Shown here one piece after another: positions 56,367 through 64,000 of a stretch of 64,000 nucleotides of DNA (position 1 is the first letter of the stretch; each line of letters opens with the position of its first letter). The translations under genes were made by a program, and so were the position numbers. The DNA lies in contig CAWDBP010000008.1 in NCBI GenBank assembly GCA_963800585.1, forward strand, positions 146,104 to 210,103, written 5' to 3'. The notes beneath the pieces were generated by a model. The model ran no database searches, was not told the DNA's origin, and saw only the letters and a list, made by a program, of their open reading frames with translations. This DNA is from an uncultured Bacteroidales bacterium. GTDB lineage: Bacteria; Bacteroidota; Bacteroidia; Bacteroidales; FEN-979.

Positions 56367-58589
56367 TCAATCAATCTGAAATAACAGGTAATCCATCAGT
56401 AATGGCAGGTCATCTTCGTTAATCCCGTTATTCAGCAGATAAGGAATATCTTCTTCAAAAGCTGCTTGAAATGAATTTGTCGCAAAAAAAAGATCAGTTT
56501 TACTTTTCTTATAAAGCACCAGTGCTTCCTTTCGTTTTTTCAGGCAGAGTTTCACATGCCCGGCATTCATCAAATCAAAAGGACCGGGAGAATCGGTTCC
56601 TGAAAGGATCATCTGGTAAGATTCCTCTGCAGCAACGAGTTTTCCCAGAATGAATTGACAATAAGCAATTGGCCGGAGTACTTTAAGGTTTTCGGGTTGA
56701 AAGTATAATACCTTCAAATAACTGTTCAGAGCTTCTTCGAAATTCTTCAGGCTAAGATGACATTGGCCGATCTGTGCCTGGATGGTGAGATCATCGGGCT
56801 GGATTTGTGCACATTCTTCAAAATATTTCAGGGCATTTGTATAATCATTCAGTTTCATGGAGCACCAGCCCAGTTTTTTTAGTATCCAAAGGCGGTCGCT
56901 GTCAAACAGTTCTGCCTTTTCATAAAATTCGATTGCTTCAGAAAACTTGCTCATTTTTTGGTACGAATAACCGATCTTCTCATAATATTCGCCTTTCGGG
57001 CCTTCTTTCTCGATTAAATATTTATTGAGTTCTATGGCTTCAGGGTAATGGTTTTTATCAAAATAGAAAACTGCAAGTCGTGCGGTAAATTTATCCCGTT
57101 CGAAGAAGGTTTTATAAAACCAGAGTTCAGTAAACCTGATCTTTTTCTGAAAAATGTCGTTAAACTCATTGTGGAATGGATACAGTTTGAAGAACCTGTA
57201 AAGATCCTGGATATATTGGATAAAGATCGCATTCGATGCAGACGAGGGACTCAAAATCTCCTCTTCCGACGCCATATCCTTCATTTGTTCGAGTTCGGCT
57301 TCGAAATAGGTCATGATCATTGACCTTTGTTGAGGCGGAACGGCATTGAAATTCAGGGCAAATGAATATTTATCAGAGTTACAAAGATAAAAAGCCCTGC
57401 CAAGGCCTTCCAGCAACCTGTTGAAAATCTGTCCTTCTTCAGCCTCATTAATTTTAAGGTCGGGATGATCGGCATAAAATGGAACAAACCAGTTGCTCAT
57501 CCTGTTGAAGAAATCAAAACGTTTCAGTTGGGAAAAAGTACTCAGGAAGACATCACCGCCTTCCATCTGCATCCGTGTGAATTTTTCGATCCGTTCAAAA
57601 AGTCCCGGAACCTCATCAATCATGTCTTTCCAGTCAGGATTTTTTCCTTCCAGATCTTCTTCGCCAAAGATATTATCCAGTTGTAGCTTATCCTCGAATT
57701 TTGGCATCATTTTCTTCATATCAGGAAGCACTTCTTCTTCAAAAGACTTTACAATAGTTTCTGTTTCCTGGGCCATCAGCAATTGTAGAAGTAATGCTTC
57801 CATATCCTGTTGAATGGTTTCATCCTGGCTCAACTCATCAAGTCTTATCATAATCTCCGGGTAAAAACTGATTCTCCTGTCGTACCAAATCAGCACAAGT
57901 CCAAGGCCTGCAAGAGAACGCTGGTAGACTTCCATTTCATGTTCACTTACAAACTCCATTAGTAAAAGGATCTTCTGGGGATCAAAGAAATCGAGCAGGC
58001 TAAGGGTTAGTGCGGAAACAATGAGGCATTTTTCATGCTTTTCGAACAAGGCTGAATGTGCAATACGACGCACCTTCTCGACAGATGTATCTTTCATCTT
58101 ATGTGTCAGCCAGATTAATCGGAAAATATTTTCGACCGGTTTGTCTTCGGATGAAGATGTTCCTGTTTCTTTCAAGATCTTTTGAAGATTTTTTTCAGAT
58201 AGATATTCTTCCAGGCGGTCGGAAACTGCCTGTGGATCATCTCCAAGGAGACGCACCATAAGTGCTTTTTCAATATTTTTCTGCGGATAATCTTTTGCTG
58301 TCAAGGCATCTCTTACTTCGTCTGCCAAAGAAAGGACAGAGGCTGATATTTTCTTTAGGATATCTTTCCTGTCCGGGTCTATCACCCCTTCAAACGCATA
58401 ATTCAGAAGACTTTGATAATTCTCACTGATATTTTCCAGGTCGAAAAGATACTCTGATCTGTTTACGTTGCGAATCAATGCCCCCAATGCATCGAGGGCA
58501 GATTTTATCCGTCCGGCATTAATATCCTTGCAGACTTTCTTATATTTTCTTTCAATATCTGTCTTTTCCATAGATGATTGAATTAACAT
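56367..58589 (-). CDS. Large TPR-repeat protein
   Basis: C-terminal TPR array (IGYSYQK...EA...Y.KAE, LGWC..., IGQC...). Confidence 0.85.
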   Translation of the reverse strand: MLIQSSMEKTDIERKYKKVCKDINAGRIKSALDALGALIRNVNRSEYLFDLENISENYQSLLNYAFEGVIDPDRKDILKKISASVLSLADEVRDALTAKDYPQKNIEKALMVRLLGDDPQAVSDRLEEYLSEKNLQKILKETGTSSSEDKPVENIFRLIWLTHKMKDTSVEKVRRIAHSALFEKHEKCLIVSALTLSLLDFFDPQKILLLMEFVSEHEMEVYQRSLAGLGLVLIWYDRRISFYPEIMIRLDELSQDETIQQDMEALLLQLLMAQETETIVKSFEEEVLPDMKKMMPKFEDKLQLDNIFGEEDLEGKNPDWKDMIDEVPGLFERIEKFTRMQMEGGDVFLSTFSQLKRFDFFNRMSNWFVPFYADHPDLKINEAEEGQIFNRLLEGLGRAFYLCNSDKYSFALNFNAVPPQQRSMIMTYFEAELEQMKDMASEEEILSPSSASNAIFIQYIQDLYRFFKLYPFHNEFNDIFQKKIRFTELWFYKTFFERDKFTARLAVFYFDKNHYPEAIELNKYLIEKEGPKGEYYEKIGYSYQKMSKFSEAIEFYEKAELFDSDRLWILKKLGWCSMKLNDYTNALKYFEECAQIQPDDLTIQAQIGQCHLSLKNFEEALNSYLKVLYFQPENLKVLRPIAYCQFILGKLVAAEESYQMILSGTDSPGPFDLMNAGHVKLCLKKRKEALVLYKKSKTDLFFATNSFQAAFEEDIPYLLNNGINEDDLPLLMDYLLFQID

Positions 58590-59854
58590 CCTTTTGGTTT
58601 TAAGATCAACCGTAATGACGTATCATATGTAACATAATTCCAGAACCAGTTGATCAGGATCAGGAATCGGTTCCGGATGCCGACGATCGACATCAGATGA
58701 ATAAACATCCATACCAACCATGCAAAGGTACCATAGAACCTTACATTGGGTAATTCCACAATGGCAAGGTTCCGGCCGATCGTTGCCATTGTGCCTTTAT
58801 CTTTATAGGAAAAAGGGATCATTTCTTTTTGATCGTGCCTTCTTTTGAGGTTCTTTGCCAGGAGGTTTGCCTGTTGTATTGCAACAGGTGCTACCTGAGG
58901 GTGGCCATGGGGAAAATGGGTTTCCTCCATCATTGCGACATCACCCAGGGCAAAAATGTTTGAGTACCCTTTTACACAGTTAAATTGGTCAACCAGAATA
59001 CGATTATTTTTTCCATAGGAATTATCTCTCAACCCTTCAATCCTGGCACCGATGATACCAGCAGTCCAGATTACCAGGTTCGTTCTGATCTTTTTTCCGT
59101 CTGACGTTTCGATAAATTTCCCATCGTAATTTCGCACTTGTGAATTCAGGATAACATTTACCCGAAGCCGTTCCAGGAACTCTTTGGCTTTTTCAGATGA
59201 TTGTTCAGAGAGAGCCATAAGCAGGCGGTCCATCCCTTCAATCAGGTAAATGTGAATCTTCTCCTGGTTTAGTTCAGGATAATCCTTTCCGAGAACATAT
59301 TTCCGCATATCTGCAAGTGCACCTGAAACTTCCACTCCGGTTGGCCCTCCGCCTACCACCACCAGGTTTAGGAACCCTTCCTGGTCTTCCTCAGTTGTAG
59401 CAGCAAGCGCATCCTCAAAATTCTGAAGCAGAGTGTTACGCAGATCGAGGGCTTCTGAAACAGATTTCATTGGTTTGGAAAGAGATTCCATGTTTTTTAT
59501 TCCGAAAAAGAAATTAGTAGCGCCTTGAGTCATAACAAGGTAATCATACTGGATAATTCCTTTCGTTGTCCAAAGCAGTTGTTTGTCTGTTTCAATATTT
59601 GTTACCTCCGCAATTCTTATATAATAATCTTTATAATGCTGAAAAATCTTCCGCAAAGGGAATGAGATAGCACTTGGTTCCAGCCCGGCAGTGGCAACCT
59701 GGTAAAAGAGCGGCTGAAACTGGTGGTAATTGCGTTTATCAATAATCACTATTTGAAACCCTGAATATCTGAGTTTCCTTGCTAGTTTAAGGCCTGCAAA
59801 TCCGCAACCCACTATCACTACTCGTTTCTTTCCCATTAAAGGCACATTGATCAT
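58583..59854 (-). CDS. ndh: Type II NADH dehydrogenase
   Basis: VIVGCGFAG, FQPLFYQVAT, VVGGGPTGVE, GDVA, Y.DKG.MATIGR. Confidence 0.9.
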   Translation of the reverse strand: MINVPLMGKKRVVIVGCGFAGLKLARKLRYSGFQIVIIDKRNYHQFQPLFYQVATAGLEPSAISFPLRKIFQHYKDYYIRIAEVTNIETDKQLLWTTKGIIQYDYLVMTQGATNFFFGIKNMESLSKPMKSVSEALDLRNTLLQNFEDALAATTEEDQEGFLNLVVVGGGPTGVEVSGALADMRKYVLGKDYPELNQEKIHIYLIEGMDRLLMALSEQSSEKAKEFLERLRVNVILNSQVRNYDGKFIETSDGKKIRTNLVIWTAGIIGARIEGLRDNSYGKNNRILVDQFNCVKGYSNIFALGDVAMMEETHFPHGHPQVAPVAIQQANLLAKNLKRRHDQKEMIPFSYKDKGTMATIGRNLAIVELPNVRFYGTFAWLVWMFIHLMSIVGIRNRFLILINWFWNYVTYDTSLRLILKPKGC

Positions 59855-59956
59855 AAGTTCTGGCTTATTAGTGAAAAATAATATAACAAGGCAAAATGCA
59901 TACCAAAAGTTCTATATGACAGATTTACAGTCAGACCAGGAAAAATTCAGCCAGAC

Positions 59957-59988
59957 TTTGAACTCAATTGTTCAAATGTGTATTTTTG
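59957..59988 (+). promoter_or_regulatory. Primary-sigma promoter; implies the downstream gene starts at TTG 60007
   Basis: TTTG (59957-59960), 20 bp, TATTTTTG (59981-59988). Confidence 0.6.
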
Positions 59989-60006
59989 AAAAAAAATCCC
60001 AAGGAC

Positions 60007-62517
60007 TTGTCCCGACTTAGAATTCTGATCCTGCTAATTTTTCCGTTGTTTGGGTCTGTCGCATTGGTTGCGCAGAAAGGTACCTGCTCATATTCATTTC
60101 CTGTTCAGTACACCTTTGGATATTCGGAGGAACCAGATGTTCATTCAGGGATCTCAAATGAAATTATTTCCACGATTGCAGAAGATGAACTTAAACCTCC
60201 TTACATGATCTTTTTTACCCTGAATTCGATAATGAATATCCACATCGCAGTTCAGGAAGGCAAGAAACCATCGCTAGGAATTACTCTTGGGCCAAAGATA
60301 ATCAGTGGGAACATTCATTACAGAAAGTTTCCAATAGACGGGCCAATGATGCCTGATCATTTAACCTTCGGTTGCTACGTACAAAAAAAAGATGGTTCAT
60401 CTTTCTTCGACCTGCACCAATTGACAGGACAGAATCAACCAGAAAATGAAAGTTCCGTTCTGCAATGCAGGATCCCTCATTTTTCATGTGATTCAGATAC
60501 CTTAGTTGTGCATCATCTGCGTTTTTATTTTGATGAAGCTGCTCTTACACGATTTAAGGATCGTATAAACCTCATCAATGATTACTATGCTGCTAATGCA
60601 ATCCTGGATACACTGGATGAAATGGTAGAAAATGTTGACTTTAGCCTTATAGACCGTTATCCCTGCTATTTCATAAAGCTGGAAGAGATGAATAAGATTC
60701 TTACGATCCTGAAAGAGAAAAATTTTGTCCAGGGATTAAATCTTGATTCACTTGATCCGGTAGGATTCCAGGCGAAATATGAACGGATTTCAGGTATTTC
60801 AGCCCTTCAAACTTCGACATTTCTTAACAAGGTAAAAATGCTTGGGGCGCTGAATTTAAATTTCTCGCCAGATTCACTGATCAAACAGTTCCTTGACGGT
60901 GTTTCGCGCTATATCCGATGGTCATTGCTGGTTACAGAACGTAACAGTTCGATATACCAGGATTACCTGGACAGGTATTTCCATCTGAAAGCATTTAAAG
61001 ATGATCGTGGAGTGATAAAGGATCTGGTCAAAATCATGTATCCTGTTCAAAATATCGATTCTTCCCTCACCAGGATATCAAGACGGATACACAAAGCGTA
61101 TCGCGACAGGGCAGAAGAACTGATCAAAAACCAACAATATACTGAAGTTATTGATTTACTTCAGAATGCTTATAATTTAATCGAAGTTGACCCTTATCTG
61201 AAAGGAAAGGTCAACGACCGGGATCTTATTACCCTGGCCGCCAATGGTATTTATGATTCTTTTTTAAGCGTGGCTGATTTCGCAGTCCTTGATGGCAGAC
61301 AGGATATGGCCCGGGAATACATATCAAGAGCTCAAAATTTCAAAAAAGAGCATACAGGATATGTTACATCGGATTCTTTGTTTAATAAGGTATTTAAGGA
61401 AGTGACAGCAGTGCTTTTTTCAAAATGCGATACCCTTTATAACGCATCGCGCTATTTCGAAGCTCTTGACTGTTACAATAATTGTGAAAAGGGGTTTGAT
61501 CCAATGACATCTTTCCTGATCCATCAAAAGCTTGAATATAAGGCCCAGTTTTGCAAGTACAATGTTTTAATTTCTGACGGAAAGGATAGTCTCGCAAAGT
61601 ATGATATACATGATGCTTACAGGAAGTTTTTCCTTGCCAGGCAAATATCCAGGAGAGAACATTTTCCTCATGATTCTTTATTTGATTCACTTTGCAGGAT
61701 TACTTTTCCTGAATACCTGATCGTATTACTCCATTCGGGAGAAGAGTTGATTCTTTCAAACCACCTGGATAAGGCAAGGAAATTAGCTGATTCAACAGCA
61801 TCTATTTTCCGTTCGACCGGGATAGAATGTTCGAATGAGTTTTCAGAGGTAATGGCGCAATACCAACAAAAAATTGAAGAAAAAGAATGCTTGAACATTG
61901 CAGAATCAGTGACAGCTATTCTTCAGCGTTCACAGCGCGAACGGGAATTGAAGAATTACATTTTGTCAGCTTCCTCATCGGATTCAGTTAAGATTCTCAT
62001 CGAACATAATCCATATTGTTCAATCCAATTTGACGGATTACAGGATACTATCCTCCAATACGCACAGGCTGTTGATTTTCAAAAGATGCAGAAGAAGATT
62101 GATCGTTTTTTTATGGCAGGTCAATATGATAAAGCCATTTCCAATTATCCTGATATGGAACGCATTTTTTCGTTTGATAATATCAGTCGTTTTGGGATTG
62201 ACTGTGTTCCTATGTTTGATTACGTTCATAAAAAATCCCGGAATGAACTTACAATAAGTGCAATCCGGTATTTCCGGGAAAAGAATAATTTGCAGGAAGC
62301 CTTACGTTATTTGAAAATGCTGAGATCACAGAAGTATCCAAGGAAGAAAGCAACGCCAATTCTGGAGGAACTGGGAAAAGAATTTGCCCGCAAGGATTTT
62401 CATGACCAACCGGATGTGAAGCCTGTTTTATTGGTGATGGGTTATATTGGACAAGATAACTGGATGGCGAAATTCAAATTCGCATATGAAACCGAAGCCC
62501 GACATTTAAGGCATTAA
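60007..62517 (+). CDS. Large exported hypothetical protein, helical/TPR-like C-terminal two-thirds
   Basis: Long open frame; signal peptide SRLRILILLIFPLFGSVALVAQ; A...Y..A helical patterns. Confidence 0.75.
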   Translation: MSRLRILILLIFPLFGSVALVAQKGTCSYSFPVQYTFGYSEEPDVHSGISNEIISTIAEDELKPPYMIFFTLNSIMNIHIAVQEGKKPSLGITLGPKIISGNIHYRKFPIDGPMMPDHLTFGCYVQKKDGSSFFDLHQLTGQNQPENESSVLQCRIPHFSCDSDTLVVHHLRFYFDEAALTRFKDRINLINDYYAANAILDTLDEMVENVDFSLIDRYPCYFIKLEEMNKILTILKEKNFVQGLNLDSLDPVGFQAKYERISGISALQTSTFLNKVKMLGALNLNFSPDSLIKQFLDGVSRYIRWSLLVTERNSSIYQDYLDRYFHLKAFKDDRGVIKDLVKIMYPVQNIDSSLTRISRRIHKAYRDRAEELIKNQQYTEVIDLLQNAYNLIEVDPYLKGKVNDRDLITLAANGIYDSFLSVADFAVLDGRQDMAREYISRAQNFKKEHTGYVTSDSLFNKVFKEVTAVLFSKCDTLYNASRYFEALDCYNNCEKGFDPMTSFLIHQKLEYKAQFCKYNVLISDGKDSLAKYDIHDAYRKFFLARQISRREHFPHDSLFDSLCRITFPEYLIVLLHSGEELILSNHLDKARKLADSTASIFRSTGIECSNEFSEVMAQYQQKIEEKECLNIAESVTAILQRSQRERELKNYILSASSSDSVKILIEHNPYCSIQFDGLQDTILQYAQAVDFQKMQKKIDRFFMAGQYDKAISNYPDMERIFSFDNISRFGIDCVPMFDYVHKKSRNELTISAIRYFREKNNLQEALRYLKMLRSQKYPRKKATPILEELGKEFARKDFHDQPDVKPVLLVMGYIGQDNWMAKFKFAYETEARHLRH

Positions 62518-62572
62518 CCTTACTTTATCTATTTATTCTGGAAGTTCTTCCAGCGATTAGGTACATTTTTCG

Positions 62573-62609
62573 GGCATCCTTTCATGGTTATGTTCGCATG
62601 AAGGATGCC
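62573..62609. terminator. Hairpin between convergent genes
   Basis: GGCATCCTTTCATG...CATGAAGGATGCC (one bulge). Confidence 0.6.
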
Positions 62610-62639
62610 TTGAGAAATAATCTTGGGAGGAGTATCCTG

Positions 62640-64000
62640 CTATTGAACGATTAGTTTCCCGATTTCTGTGTGATCTCCGGCATCGAATTTATACATGTAC
62701 AAGCCCTGAGAAACCTTTTGTCCAGAATAATCCAATCCATTCCAGATCACAGTGTGAGTCCCTTTATCTACCTTACCGTCAAATAAAACAGCGATGGTTC
62801 TTCCATAGATATCCGAAACTGTGATCCTTATTTGAAGGGGTGTAATTAATTTATATTGAATTGTAAAAGCTCCTGACGATGGATTTGGATAAACCAGCGA
62901 ATATCTTCCATCCTGCTTAACAGCACTTCCTATGTCATCAACGCCGGTAAATTGTGGCTTAGGTAATTTTATTGTTGTATAAATATGATATTCACCAGGT
63001 TGAAGAGAAATCTGATCTGAGAGACTGGAAACATTCAATGTGTCACCTCCGAAGAAATCATACCATGGCCCGGTTTGACTGAATCCAGGTGTGATATTAC
63101 CCTGATAAACATCAAAATTTCCAACTACAATAACATTCATGTTTGAGCCAGTAATATTGATGTGTTTCAAGGCCCCTGTAAGCGAAACGGAATAATTGGT
63201 ACTGCGGAAGGCATCATTATTTATCTTCAGGTTTATAAGACTTGCACAGGTATTGAAAAGATATTTACGGTGCCACTGATTATAATAATCCCAGCGTATT
63301 GGTTTGTCAGACAGCCTGCAATCAGAAGTCATGCAAGGATAATTGATCGAATAATCATACCCGAGTTCACCAAATTGCCAAAGCATCTTAGGTCCCGGTA
63401 CGGTATAGAAGAACGCTGCTGCCATACCGTTCCGCTTTAGTGATTGGGCTGTATCCCTTACATTATAAGAAGCATCTAAGATGTTTCCGTAATGGATGTT
63501 GTTGTACATCAGTCGCTCTTCATCGTGACTTTCCATGTACCCAACCAGGTGTGGGTCTGCCCACCCCAATTGTTTATATGATATCGACGAAAAATCAGAG
63601 AGGCTACCGGTATTCCACCCCTCTGTAGCTTCGTTGTAATTGTAGTTCAGGTTTCCCCAAAGCAACATCCCATTGGCGCTCAGTTCAGTTTCTTCATCGT
63701 TATCTGCAAAATGTTCAAGGATTACATATGCATTTGGGTTGACTGAATGAGCAACATTGGCATAATTTTTCAGAATTGCAATGCGGCCTGTATCATAGGC
63801 TGCCCATAGTGTCATATTATCAGGGTAAGAATTTGTCTGTGTGAAACCTTTAGACATGTCAAAACGATAGCCGTCGACATGAAATTCCTGAAGCCAATAG
63901 CGGATCACCCGTTCACAGTAAGCTCTTGTCGCAGGACTTTCATGATTGAAATCGTTTCCTACATTGTAAGGATGTTTCGGGATTGGGTTAAACCATGGAC
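62640..64000 (-). CDS. GH13 alpha-amylase-family glycosidase with T9SS CTD (5' part outside the window)
   Basis: DFNHE, VDGYRFD, ILEH, YMESHDE, LWQFGELGYD; YPNP...W.G....G..V..GLY CTD. Confidence 0.9.
   Translation of the reverse strand, partial: PWFNPIPKHPYNVGNDFNHESPATRAYCERVIRYWLQEFHVDGYRFDMSKGFTQTNSYPDNMTLWAAYDTGRIAILKNYANVAHSVNPNAYVILEHFADNDEETELSANGMLLWGNLNYNYNEATEGWNTGSLSDFSSISYKQLGWADPHLVGYMESHDEERLMYNNIHYGNILDASYNVRDTAQSLKRNGMAAAFFYTVPGPKMLWQFGELGYDYSINYPCMTSDCRLSDKPIRWDYYNQWHRKYLFNTCASLINLKINNDAFRSTNYSVSLTGALKHINITGSNMNVIVVGNFDVYQGNITPGFSQTGPWYDFFGGDTLNVSSLSDQISLQPGEYHIYTTIKLPKPQFTGVDDIGSAVKQDGRYSLVYPNPSSGAFTIQYKLITPLQIRITVSDIYGRTIAVLFDGKVDKGTHTVIWNGLDYSGQKVSQGLYMYKFDAGDHTEIGKLIVQ

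Overview
Chromosomal window from a Bacteroidota bacterium, probably Bacteroidales-like and anaerobic. The basis is TAnnTTTG/TTTG promoters, porT and several proteins with T9SS C-terminal domains. From left to right it holds: rplM-rpsI-rpsB-tsf, menG-porT-coaD-tlpA-secA, pyrH-frr; a cutC-GH2-GH20 glycan locus; hlyC/corC-nhaA; an ECF sigma/anti-sigma/DUF4252 operon; an internally deleted DEDDh exonuclease before xseAB; a POT peptide transporter; lhgO plus an Ldh_2 dehydrogenase; acyl-CoA dehydrogenase-icmF-buk-like-MBL hydrolase; an AT-rich island (about 38.3-46.1 kb) with two large T9SS cargo genes separated by an intact IS4 element with a 9-bp target duplication; a leucine/methylcrotonyl-CoA catabolic operon with two tandem HMG-CoA-lyase-fold genes; TPR, NDH-2, an unknown 849-aa protein and a partial T9SS GH13. 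The strongest candidates for novelty are (1) a 1120-aa secreted C13/legumain-like protein with both catalytic residues apparently replaced, (2) a butyrate-kinase homolog with degenerate catalytic motifs directly behind icmF, (3) two HMG-CoA lyase paralogs with complementary motif changes, and (4) degenerate 7/8-bp tandem repeats at many gene junctions. Frameshifts at 28-36 kb and 54.4 kb look like sequencing errors. All family calls come from motif recognition by eye; no database searches were run.
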